Positions 1 to 11,896 of a stretch of 64,000 bases of DNA are shown in pieces (the first letter of the stretch is position 1; the number at the start of each line of letters is the position of its first letter). Made by a program: the position numbers and the translations under genes. The DNA is from Octopus bimaculoides (Eukaryota). Location: positions 47,111,215 through 47,175,214 of the forward strand of contig NC_068985.1 of assembly GCF_001194135.2 (NCBI RefSeq). The letters run 5' to 3'. The notes under the pieces are model-generated. The model searched no databases and was not told the origin of the DNA. It saw nothing but the letters and a program-made list of their open reading frames with translations.

Positions 1-904
1 AAATTCAGGGAAATAAAAAGTAAATAGGATGTGTTGTTTATACGTCTAAAACTGCGGTGAAAATCTCGAAAATCATTTCGTGTAGACGACAAATGCTAAG
101 ACGCGTCATAACTCTGTCGGCTGAACAAATCTCACAAGCACTAGTGGATGATACTATCACTTCACGTAATTTCACCGTATTGCGTATCATCAGTGGCAGC
201 TAACCAAAAACCGAATGCAGACCATAGATCACTAAAGCCGATTTAGAATATTACGTGTCAAACAGTCAGTAATGTCGTAAAGTGTTGGTAAGCTAGGTAT
301 AAATTAGATATAAACGACAGAAGCAGCTTTTGTAAACAATATTAATTTGCACATCCAAGCATTAAGTAGAAGGAATCTTTCAGCGGGATCGATCCCATTT
401 CTACAGGATAGCAGAGCGACCTTCTTGGGCATGATTAATGTGTGTATATAAATAAGAATGTCTGCGTTTATAAAAGCGCTTTCCCTAATATTAGTGAAAT
501 GCCAGATAAAGGCAAAGAACTTATTGTTATAATTGCAATTTCGATTAGACATACACAATTAAGCAGAAATATTTCTATCTGTAAGCGGTACATGTGATGG
601 TGCACTTTAGACAGAAATATGAATATCAAATGAGAAAGACAGTATTATGTAGAAATAACCTATAATATTGTTTATATGAATAGCACTAGGCTTGTATCCC
701 GACAGTGCTTATTCTATATTTTATTTATTGAATACTTAGCATTTCCAGCAATTAATTCATCGGTCAGTCGCCAACAAAGGAACAATCTTCATCATTTGTT
801 TCTAGATCAAGATAAGATGTATAGATTTCTGGAATAATTTTAATTTAATTACCTTCATATTGTTATAGACTTAATAATTGCCATTCTCTCTGTTCTCCAT
901 CCCC

Positions 905-994
905 CTCTCTCTCTCTCTCTCTTCCTTTCTCTCACACGCTTATAAACACGCACACTACATGAAGATTACCTAAATATATACATACATACATATT

Positions 995-1061
<67 letters not shown>

Positions 1062-1140
1062 NNNNNNNNNNTATATATATATATGTATATATATATACAT
1101 ATATATATATACATATATATAAATATATATATATATAAGC
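905..1140. repeat. (CT)n and (TA)n microsatellites with a 10-N gap (1062-1071)
   Basis: Directly visible dinucleotide runs. Confidence 0.95.
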
Positions 1141-1824
1141 ATACATACGTACAGAGATATTGTCTATATAAGATGTACAAACCAGAAAGAGAAAATGGAG
1201 ACATAGATCGATATATAATTGTATAGTGTTTACAATTATGCATGTAATTAGTTCTGGAGATTTGCATATGTAATTTAGATGTTATGATAGTATATTTTAT
1301 AGATGGCGGTAATATATCATATCCAGAGAAATACATACATAAAAATATATACAAACATGCATGCATACGTAAATTTACCTATATATGTATATGTGTGTGT
1401 GTATGTATGTGTGTCTGTCTATGTGTATACAGATACATATCTAGAAACATATACATGTGTATATATAGGTATGTGTGCGTATATAAAAGTATGCGTATGT
1501 TAACGTCATCGGATGATATACATAGTTGAATATGAAATCTGTTAATACCACACACAAACTCACATAGACTTGTAAGTATATTTATGTATGTATATGTGCT
1601 TGTATATGAGGGTGTATCTAGTGTGTGTGTAGGCGTATGAACAATCAAGTTCCATACTTTAAAGTGCTAAGTACTCGATATCATGATTACGGTGTTTAAA
1701 TGTATTTATTATAGTTAATGAAACCGTATCAAAAAATTGTTACAATTACTCTCAAAAAGATTCTAACAGGCAAGATATAATCTTTTGTCGCACATATATA
1801 TATATGCATCTTAGCTCGTTTGTT

Positions 1825-2160
1825 TTCAGCTGAAAGCGAGGATTGGTAGAAGTTTTAGAACGTCATACAAAGTACTTTCCGGAATTTTTTTCGACTGCTA
1901 AAATTTCGTGTTGAAATCTCACTGAGATCAAATTCACTCTTCATCGCTTACTGGGATCGCTGTAATTGACGAACTCTCTTGAAGGTACTTTAGCCATTTG
2001 TTCCGGCTATTTACACTCGTAGCTCGATTCCCACCGGTGTCAAATGTACTTTTCCACCTTTTAAGGTGGATAAATGAGAATCAGTGAAGTACTGGGGAGA
2101 ATGTAATCGACTCACCCCTTCCCTCAATCATGCTGGCCTTGTGCCAAAATTATTAAGAAA
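1825..2160 (+). mobile_element. Degenerate SINE family A copy (possibly two partial copies), A1-type 3' end
   Basis: Ends in ...gtaatcgactcaccccttccctcaatcatgctggccttgtgccaaaatt followed by (TTA)n, matching the better copies at 2210 and 2440. Confidence 0.7.
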
Positions 2161-2209
<49 letters not shown>

Positions 2210-2417
2210 GAACTGGCAGAATCGTTTCCAGGCTAGGCAACATGTTTAGCGACATTTCGTCCGCCTTTTTACGTGCTGAGTTCAAATTCCGCTGAGGTCG
2301 ACATTGCCCTTCATAATTTCGGGGTCGATAAATAAAATACCAGTTGAATACCAGTGGCTATGTAATCGACTCGTCCCCCCCCCCCCACAAAGCTGTCCTC
2401 GTGGCAAAATTTGAAAC
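2210..2417 (+). mobile_element. tRNA-derived SINE family A, near full length
   Basis: A-box-like TGGCAGAATCG, B-box-like GAGTTCAAATTCC, central ttcggggtcgataaataaaataccag, (TTA)n on both sides. Confidence 0.9.
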
Positions 2418-2439
2418 TATTATTACTATTAATATTAAT

Positions 2440-2647
2440 GAGCTGGCAGAGTCGTTTCTACGCTGGGCAAAATGTATAGCGGCATTTCGTCTGTTTTTAC
2501 GTTCTGAGTTCAAATTCCCCTTAGTTCGAATTTGCCTTTCGTCCTTTCGAGGTCGATAAAATAAGTACCTGTTGAACACTTGGGTCGATGTAATAAACTC
2601 ATCCCCCTCATCCAAAACTGCTGCCCTTATGGAATAATTTAAAGCCA
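2440..2647 (+). mobile_element. SINE family A, near full length
   Basis: Same A/B boxes and gcctttcgtcctttcgaggtcgataaaataagtacc core; ATT tail. Confidence 0.9.
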
Positions 2648-2663
2648 TTATTATTATTATTGC

Positions 2664-2694
<31 letters not shown>

Positions 2695-2784
2695 CTTCTT
2701 CTTCTTCTTCTTGTTCTTCTTCTTCTTCTTCTTCTTCTTCTTCTTCTTCTTCTTCTTCTTCTTCTTCTTCTTCTTCTTCTCCTT

Positions 2785-2838
<54 letters not shown>
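2648..2838. repeat. Compound (TTA)(TTG)(TTC)(TTA) microsatellite
   Basis: Directly visible. Confidence 0.95.
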
Positions 2839-3372
2839 GAGTGAGAGAGCAGTGCATGCCATCAAAGTTACAGTGGGGTAAAATATACGAAGCCAAGTAT
2901 ACCCATCATGACTACCTGTCTGATAAGGGTTCACCAGGCACATGCATCTCAACCATATGTGCTCGACATAGTGATCTCATATCAAGATAAACATCGCATG
3001 ACCTTACAGGTGGGGCCGAGTTAGAATTTTTATCAGGCTGAGTAGCCCAGCCCGCTCTAAAGGTCCCTGAATAAGGTTTGTTTAAAGAAGAGAGAGGTAA
3101 ATTATCCAAACTCAAAAGAATTTCTCTCAAAACATCGTTGTGATGCTCTCCAACTACTTCTGCTCATGATCAGAGACGCGCATATCGTCAGACACAAAGG
3201 GTCATGCTCAACTGGTTAAGATTAAATAACTGACAAGCAAATCTGTGGTATTGAGCAGAATATTTGCTGTAGCCCATCTTTTATACCAAAACAGAATAAT
3301 GTACAGGATAACATTTGCAGGTAGTTAAGATCAGAAGCCATGGGAGCCACTGTCTGGTACTGCATCAGAGCA
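2839..3372 (-). mobile_element. ~530-bp non-coding element bounded by TTA/TAA repeats; candidate non-autonomous retroposon
   Basis: Complex sequence with sharp boundaries against TTA repeats at both ends; on the minus strand it ends ...cactgctctctcactc(AAT)n; no credible ORF. Confidence 0.5.
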
Positions 3373-3384
3373 ATTAATTATTAT

Positions 3385-3995
3385 TGTTGTTCTATTGTCT
3401 TTGCACACCTTGTCACGCTAGATATATATTACCACTGAACTAAGGTAATACTTCTTATTTTTCGAGCACCATCCGGAGTATTAGAACAGCTCTAAGCGGT
3501 GCTGCTTTCTACAAGTGCTCCAGCCTTATTGCAGGCCCTATTTGATCCATGTACTTCTCAAAATTTTTAGTAATAATTGTCCGAGGGCTCCCACAATTAT
3601 TACTACTACTATCATGATATCATTTGATCCAGTAGCCTTGAGCTCCATCTGGTCCCGGGGCTTTCCATTTCTCCATTTTGTTGGCGGATTTTCTTCACTT
3701 CCCTAACTGAAATGACTAGTTCTGCCTGTTTTGGACAGACTACTGTTTGTTTCAGTTCTTGCATCCATTCAGCATCCTTCTTGTGCTTCTTGTCTTTGCT
3801 CCAGATATCATTCGAAAACCTTTGACTTTTAATCCTATCTGGTATCAACTTTTTATCTGGACACTCTCCGTCTATTTCTTTGTAGAATCTCTTCTGATCT
3901 ATTCTGAATAACCTATTCTGGTGGTATCCCTTCATTCTTTGGTTATATCCTACCATCTTTAATTTCTTTGCAACCTGGTGCTGTTTCAGTTCCTC
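3385..3995 (-). mobile_element. R4/Dong-like RLE non-LTR retrotransposon relic with a large internal deletion
   Basis: Minus-strand translation EELKQH...YHQNRLFRIDQKRFYKEI...WKAPGPDGAQGYWI (pre-RT region) joined to C-terminal VVVIIVGALGTITKNFEKY...ILRMVLE; TTA repeats at both ends. Confidence 0.85.

Positions 3996-4073
<78 letters not shown>
3996..4073. repeat. (TTA)n microsatellite
   Basis: Directly visible. Confidence 0.95.
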
Positions 4074-4075
<2 letters not shown>

Positions 4076-4799
4076 TACTGTTGTTTAGAATAACTTAGGT
4101 GTTATAGAATACTTTTCTCTTCATGAGATAGTTCCTCAGAGATATGCCGTAATAGATTCAGTTTGACTGAATCTAGCCGTTTTATAAAATAATAGACGGA
4201 AAAAATACGTTAATATAATTAAATAAATATTTAACCGCTATTAATATTTAGAAAATTGTATTTATGATGGCTATGTAAACAAGACAGAACATGTGGAACT
4301 ATGGCTTAAAGATTCATTTAAACTTATGAAAGAAAATTTCTTAGTTTTGGTATAATTCACACATAGTAACAGTCAAATATAAGTAACACTGGAATGAATA
4401 TTTTAACAGCGAAATACATAACGTACTAGGAATATAACATGTGCAAATGAAGATAATTGGTATTTTTAAGTGTCCAACGTAAGACATGAGAAAACGTTTA
4501 TAACTGACGAGTTTAGAAGCAAAAGAACTATTAATAGTTAATTTGTGTAAAGGAATCATTGAACATAAAAAGAAATATGATGCAGCTACTGTACTGGATT
4601 AAGTATTTAATGATGAATAGAGTCCACCATGTAGTGATCAATGGAATGTACTGAAGTGCAGCAAACTTCATCACTGGTTTTCTCCGAGGAACTTTGTTAA
4701 GTCCACCCAAGTTCATATTGAATATAAACGACGTCACAGTTGTTATGAAGCTGACCAAAATAAACGTTCTTCGATGATTTTCAAGCTTCAAAAACTTAT

Positions 4800-5640
4800 C
4801 GACGGAGAATGACTCGAAAAATCTCCATTCTGAACAGTATACTGTAAGTCAATTGGCCGACAGACGCAACACCGTGCTAAATGAGGAGAAATTTGAACTC
4901 ATGTACTTTGGAGAATAGAATGTGTTCAAGCAAACTCACACTCTTCCATCAGGAGAACTACTCATGATGTCTAAGGGTATCAGAAACCTTAGAGTAATTG
5001 TTGACAACAGCCTCTGTGGAAGGGCTCGCATCAAGAATGAAGTCGCTACAGTATACAAACGTTCAGTTGCGGAGAGATAAATGTCACTATTTTCTTTTTC
5101 TAGACTACTACTGCCAACAATGTAATAGTAGTCTATGTGTCCCTATACTAAACGAAACAGTATGATAATTGAGACACCATAAAGAGCAATTACAAACAAC
5201 TAAAAGGAATGACATATCTTGATTATTAGGACCGCCTTAAAACTACATCATTTGTACAATTTGGAGAATAAACCAGTAGTATAGCCCAAATGATCTCAGC
5301 ACCAAGTTCACAATTCGTACAACTCTGGGACCCGATGTCATACGCATCCTACACAACTCAGGCTTTCAAAACATAACTACATTGCAGCACAGTCATTTGC
5401 CTTCAGTTAGCTCTGCTCTATTTAATATTAGCCGTAAAGCATATCAAAGAGGAAAAAGGTCCCATAACATTCAAAATATATCTTGAGAAATTTTTTCACA
5501 GGATACCAGAAACAAAACACCTATACTTCGTTACAACTCAGTCAACACACACAACCTCTTTAATGGGATATGAGATAGCAAAATTGATCTAAAGAGGGAT
5601 TAGCAAATTGTGTCAGGCGGTACATTTTGACTAGACATGT
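4800..5640 (+). mobile_element. Degenerate CR1/L2-group LINE, RT C-terminal region and 3' end
   Basis: Translation LNEEKFELMYFG...TLPSGE...IRNLRVIVDNSL (cf. RDLGVIVD..L), then LDY*DRLK and LEKFFHRIP; many stops and frameshifts. Confidence 0.7.
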
Positions 5641-6169
5641 CTGAGGCCGATTACGGCGGAAATATTTAAAGCTTGAATAAGTGTATATATGTTCTCTAAT
5701 TAAAATAATAAATGTATACAGATATAATCAAGTTTATATGCATTTGTTCTCTTCTAGAATTTACAATAATTAGAGAAAGGTTCAAATCGATGTGACTTTT
5801 CAATTCATTGCTTAGAAATACCGGGACAACGCGTTCTTCATTTTATATTACACACACACATACACATACACACATGCGCATACACACATACATTCACACA
5901 TACACTCACACGCACACATACATACATACACACACATACACACACGCATACACATGTACAAACATTCATGTACACTTATATAAATTCATCTCTATCAGTT
6001 GCGGGAATGAGTGTTCAGTTATTTGATCAAGTGAATTCATGTTCATTGAATTAGCGTGTAAAGGGGCTGACATCTGTTACAAAAACGTAATATACTCAGA
6101 CGGAATTAGCGTTATCGTGTGTGTCATAAGGCTATACATCTGAAGTATGTGTACAGTGCAGCTGACAAG

Positions 6170-6280
6170 CTTTGGCCTAATTTCTGTCTAGTCACATTCA
6201 CTCATAAATTATGTGTCCGTATGAGGCTATAGAAAATGACATACGCTCAACATTTGTCGAAGACACTTTGGCTGAAAAAA
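6170..6280 (-). mobile_element. Old SINE family B 5' fragment
   Basis: ttcactcataa...gaggctatagaaaatgacat resembles the reverse complement of the family B head at 28825. Confidence 0.45.
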
Positions 6281-6391
6281 TCTCTGGCATGTCCTCCATT
6301 TATAAAATAATAGCGGTAATTCTAGTTTTTGAAAGTAAATATTTCATATTATACTGTGTATAAGCAAATATATGTAGACATATATATATGG

Positions 6392-6431
<40 letters not shown>

Positions 6432-7116
6432 NNNNNNNNNNNNNNNNNNNNNNNNNNNNNNNNNNNNNNNNNNNNNNNNNNNNNNNNNNNNNNNNNNNNN
6501 NNNNNNNNNNNNNNNNNNNNNNNNNNNNNNNNNNNNNNNNNNNNNNNNNNNNNNNNNNNNNNNNNNNNNNNNNNNNNNNNNNNNNNNNNNNNNNNNNNNN
6601 NNNNNNNNNNNNNNNNNNNNNNNNNNNNNNNNNNNNNNNNNNNNNNNNNNNNNNNNNNNNNNNNNNNNNNNNNNNNNNNNNNNNNNNNNNNNNNNNNNNN
6701 NNNNNNNNNNNNNNNNNNNNNNNNNNNNNNNNNNNNNNNNNNNNNNNNNNNNNNNNNNNNNNNNNNNNNNNNNNNNNNNNNNNNNNNNNNNNNNNNNNNN
6801 NNNNNNNNNNNNNNNNNNNNNNNNNNNNNNNNNNNNNNNNNNNNNNNNNNNNNNNNNNNNNNNNNNNNNNNNNNNNNNNNNNNNNNNNNNNNNNNNNNNN
6901 NNNNNNNNNNNNNNNNNNNNNNNNNNNNNNNNNNNNNNNNNNNNNNNNNNNNNNNNNNNNNNNNNNNNNNNNNNNNNNNNNNNNNNNNNNNNNNNNNNNN
7001 NNNNNNNNNNNNNNNNNNNNNNNNNNNNNNNNNNNNNNNNNNNNNNNNNNNNNNNNNNNNNNNNNNNNNNNNNNNNNNNNNNNNNNNNNNNNNNNNNNNN
7101 NNNNNNNNNNNNNNNN

Positions 7117-7117
<1 letters not shown>
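6432..7117. other. Assembly gap bordered by (TA)n; other gaps at 8074-8593, 9718-10149, 14583-14596, 25045-25839, 32150-33117, 35366-35465, 45135-45269, 46509-46917, 51313-51385, 56371-56409, 60193-61093, 62757-62920
   Basis: N-runs in the sequence. Confidence 1.
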
Positions 7118-7149
<32 letters not shown>

Positions 7150-7388
7150 CATGCATAAATATATATTTACAAATAAGCATGCATGCATATATACATACAT
7201 AAATACATACATATTATATATATATATAAACATATAAAATGCTTATTCGTGTTCAATTTATAGGTGTTTCTTGCATGCATTAATGATGGATTGCATGTTA
7301 GATGATAATTGTAGTACAACATGACAGGTTATTATTCAGGTACAGTGTATTTTATATATATATATATATATACTTGCGTGTGTGTGTA

Positions 7389-7451
<63 letters not shown>

Positions 7452-8022
7452 GAGAGAGAGAGAGAGTGCATACATACACATCCCTGAATTGATGTACATA
7501 TGCCTGTGATATAGTGATATAAATGTGTGTACCCACATATATGAACAGACTCACACATACACAAACATACACACATACACACACATATATGTATATTTAT
7601 GAATATGTGCGTGTTTATGTGAATTTGTTTCATGTGCATTTTTCAACGCGTGTTTTGTAGCAATCTATTTTGAAAATGCAAGCATTTCACAGAAAAGGCC
7701 CTACGATGAGATTATTTTCTACGTAATGCAATCATTTTTGATTAATACTGTCACCTCAAGATAGATGTGGAATTCTAAGAGAGAGAATGAACGAATAAAA
7801 GAATTCAAAAATAAGTGAAGGAAAGAGTAGTATGAATAAAAATAATGAGATATTATGATTACTTGTGGAGTCGATTTTATATTTATTTATCTGCTATTAA
7901 AATTAAAATATTTCTCCTCTCCTGTATGGACGTGTCTGCATTACATTTTAACTTGCATGGATGTATTCCTTCGCATTCAAGTAATGTTGCTGGTGCCCTT
8001 ATAATAATGAGTCTTACGTGCA

Positions 8023-8073
<51 letters not shown>

Positions 8074-9529
8074 NNNNNNNNNNNNNNNNNNNNNNNNNNN
8101 NNNNNNNNNNNNNNNNNNNNNNNNNNNNNNNNNNNNNNNNNNNNNNNNNNNNNNNNNNNNNNNNNNNNNNNNNNNNNNNNNNNNNNNNNNNNNNNNNNNN
8201 NNNNNNNNNNNNNNNNNNNNNNNNNNNNNNNNNNNNNNNNNNNNNNNNNNNNNNNNNNNNNNNNNNNNNNNNNNNNNNNNNNNNNNNNNNNNNNNNNNNN
8301 NNNNNNNNNNNNNNNNNNNNNNNNNNNNNNNNNNNNNNNNNNNNNNNNNNNNNNNNNNNNNNNNNNNNNNNNNNNNNNNNNNNNNNNNNNNNNNNNNNNN
8401 NNNNNNNNNNNNNNNNNNNNNNNNNNNNNNNNNNNNNNNNNNNNNNNNNNNNNNNNNNNNNNNNNNNNNNNNNNNNNNNNNNNNNNNNNNNNNNNNNNNN
8501 NNNNNNNNNNNNNNNNNNNNNNNNNNNNNNNNNNNNNNNNNNNNNNNNNNNNNNNNNNNNNNNNNNNNNNNNNNNNNNNNNNNNNNNNNNNNNTATATAT
8601 ATACATATATATATATATATGCAGCACAATTTTATCAGTGAACAGGTCGCCGTCTCAAAGCGACGAAAATATTTTGACAAATTAAATTTAAATGTTGAAG
8701 TGAATCTAACGGCTTTTGTGTGTTATTTTAAATGGCTTATAAACATCTTCCATGCTGCAATTGTTTTCGTTCCAGCACACGATCTGAGATCAGGTCACTT
8801 GCTATGCAAGTACATCTCCGTAATATATATATACATATATATATATATAAGCATTTCAAATGGTAACCTCTGAGAATATATGTAGCTCTTTTTACTGTGC
8901 CACTCTGCACGGAGAGGGGTTCGCGGTAAATTTATTGCCGATAAATGCATATCGTGATAAATACGTTGCTTGTAACTTCAATGCCTGACAATTTTATCAC
9001 CTGTAACTTCATGTTCTGCTAATTTCATTGCTTGTAACGTCGTCGCCTTCTTATTTTTCTCGCTAGCTACTTTCATTGCATGGTACTTTACATTGTTAAA
9101 CGATCATCAAACAGAGTACATCGATGGCGAATTCATCGATGTGTAGTTTTTTTATCTGCAGCCTAAATACATCGCTCAGTATTATTTAAAGTCTTCTATT
9201 CAAAAATTAAACATCACGTACTTCATTAACAATGAAAAATGTTTAAAAAACAATAAAATTCATTTCACGATGTAGAAATATTTACAAAGTGTGAAGCAAA
9301 AGTAATTAATGATTGAATATCAGTCGAACATTATATAGCCGATGGAGAAATTCCACACCTTCAAAAGATAGTGCAGTGAGAGTTCAACTTAGCGTCATCG
9401 AATATCGGAATACTGGATTATCTGAAAAGCATTTTTCTCAATTTGTTTTTGTAGAATGCTTCCTCTAGTTTCAAAATTATCTTTTCACTGCATTGTTTTC
9501 TGACTCTATTTTGATAAGTAACGTTGATT

Positions 9530-9610
9530 CTTCTTCTTCTCCTCCTCCTCCTCCTCCTCCTTCTTCTTCTTCTTCTTCTTCTTCTTCTTCTTCTTCTTCT
9601 TCTTCTTCTT

Positions 9611-9700
<90 letters not shown>
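9530..9700. repeat. Compound (CCT)(CTT)(ATT) microsatellite
   Basis: Directly visible. Confidence 0.95.
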
Positions 9701-9702
<2 letters not shown>

Positions 9703-9704
<2 letters not shown>

Positions 9705-10300
9705 CAGAATCGTTAACNNNNNNNNNNNNNNNNNNNNNNNNNNNNNNNNNNNNNNNNNNNNNNNNNNNNNNNNNNNNNNNNNNNNNNNNNNNNNNNNNNN
9801 NNNNNNNNNNNNNNNNNNNNNNNNNNNNNNNNNNNNNNNNNNNNNNNNNNNNNNNNNNNNNNNNNNNNNNNNNNNNNNNNNNNNNNNNNNNNNNNNNNNN
9901 NNNNNNNNNNNNNNNNNNNNNNNNNNNNNNNNNNNNNNNNNNNNNNNNNNNNNNNNNNNNNNNNNNNNNNNNNNNNNNNNNNNNNNNNNNNNNNNNNNNN
10001 NNNNNNNNNNNNNNNNNNNNNNNNNNNNNNNNNNNNNNNNNNNNNNNNNNNNNNNNNNNNNNNNNNNNNNNNNNNNNNNNNNNNNNNNNNNNNNNNNNNN
10101 NNNNNNNNNNNNNNNNNNNNNNNNNNNNNNNNNNNNNNNNNNNNNNNNNTGGAGTTCACATTCCGCAGAGGTTGACTTTTCCCATCGTCTTTTTGGGGTC
10201 GTTGAAATTAAGTACCAGTTGAGCACCGGGGTCGAGGTAATCGACTAGCGCCCCTCCCCCAAATTTCAGGCACTGTGTCTATAGTAGAAAGGATTATTAT
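9703..10300 (+). mobile_element. SINE family A copy split by the 9718-10149 gap, A2-type 3' end
   Basis: tgcagaatcgttaac before the gap; gagttcacattccgcagaggttgac...gtgtctatagtagaaaggattattat after it. Confidence 0.75.
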
Positions 10301-10303
10301 TAA

Positions 10304-10445
10304 GACGGTGAGCTAGCAGAATCGTTAGCACGCCGGGCAAAATGCTTAGCGGTATTTCGCCCGTCTTCATGTTCTGAGTTCAAATTCCTTTGAGGTCAAC
10401 TTTGCCTTTCATCTTTTTGGGGTCGATAAATTAATACCAGTGAAA
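10304..10445 (+). mobile_element. SINE family A, well-preserved 5' two-thirds
   Basis: ggtgagctagcagaatcgttagcacgccgggc...gagttcaaattcc...ggggtcgataaattaataccag. Confidence 0.9.
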
Positions 10446-10674
10446 CATTGAATTTTCAGCCATTCAGAAAACAACCCATTCGCTACCTCTTCCATCATCT
10501 GCCACAGAAGCGAGAAGGTGGGGGGGGCGCCAGCATATCAAAACGTTAGAAATAAGAGTGAGAAACATTAAAACATACACGAGCAAATTAGACATTTAAA
10601 AGCTTCGCGCAAACCCATCGGAACAAAATTGGAAATAGTGATTCAAACCACGAAGATCCTCCCAGTTCTTACCT

Positions 10675-10760
10675 GGGACATATTTCATCGACCTACAAAG
10701 GACGAAAGGTAAATTGGACTCAGGCAGAATTTGAACTCAGAACGTAAAGAGCCGGCTTGG
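10675..10760 (-). mobile_element. SINE family A fragment
   Basis: Reverse complement of the core and B box (atcgacc...gaaaggtaaa...gaatttgaactcagaacgt). Confidence 0.75.
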
Positions 10761-11849
10761 TAATGGTTCTAGCAGATCGGCACTCAGAGGTAGTCACTAA
10801 AGAAAGTATGATAATGTACTATTTCATGCTTTCAAATGTTTCCTTGAAAATATTTTATTTAACGATGAAAATATAATTACAATCACAAGCAAATATATTC
10901 ATGCACTTATATATATGGACATCTTTTCAATTAAAAACATCATGAGAGGAGAAACAGCACTCTTTCTTACTACACGCCGTCAAATTCTGTTTCATTTTTT
11001 TTCTCTCACACTGATGTCTCACATTTTCTTACAGTTCTTCCCTCTCTCTCTCTATCATCCGTGACAATGTAAGTGTATATGTACTGTATGCATTAATGCC
11101 CACGTGTCATTTTCTTTTTGAGTGTGAGTGTTGACATATATGTAGGTATGCATTTGTGTTTGTGTGGGCAGTGTAATCTATTGACATGCAGTATAGTTCG
11201 CTATATTTTTGTATTGGTGTGTGGAGGGCAATGTGTTAACTTGCGTACTTCCCTATTTGCATTATGTATGTATGCATGTATGTATGTATGTATGTACGTA
11301 TGTATGTGTGTATGTATGTATGAACGTATGAACGTATGTATGTATGCACGTCTGTATGTAAGTGTGTGAGTGTGTGTATGTGTATGTGTCTCTAAGTAGT
11401 GCAATCTTTTGATACATACATACATACATACATACATAATCGTATTCTAAGTGTATGCGTACGTGTATGTTTGAACATACACAAATGCATGCATAGATAC
11501 ACAGGCATATATGTATTTATACATGTGCACAAAAAATACCGAAATATACAAATATGTTAGTAGATACACACAAACGTGTGTGCCAAAATACAGAAATATT
11601 TACATCTGTAGACACACATACCTATGCGCCCACAAAAACAAACGCGTACACATATTTGTATGTGTGAGAGAAAACCTTAATGAATTGTAATCTGGTGATC
11701 TCCTAATCTGTCATTTTCTCTTACAGCTGTACCCTTCGTTGATACACTTTGCTTGCATTTTTTAAACTTTCCATGTTGAAATACGTAACTCCATTCTTTT
11801 TCACGCTATTTATTTCCTTCACCTATCTCCACTCCCTCAATTCTGAGAC

Positions 11850-11896
11850 TGCGCTCTGCGCCTGCGCATTTTAGACCTTTGGGATTCGTTTCCGGT
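11850..11896. promoter_or_regulatory. Possible NRF1-like site (TGCGCCTGCGCA, 11857-11868) plus ETS-like core (TTCCGG)
   Basis: Motif match only; no transcript evidence. Confidence 0.25.

Noticed and set aside
2210-2647. tRNA genes at SINE heads (also 10304, 28825, 47628, 59238, 61447)
   Set aside because: A/B boxes are present, but there is no full cloverleaf and each continues into SINE core and tail sequence
11715-11730. Splice-acceptor-like polypyrimidine-CAG sites (also near 11030 and 39845)
   Set aside because: No convincing downstream exon ORF or donor site; such motifs are common by chance in T-rich DNA
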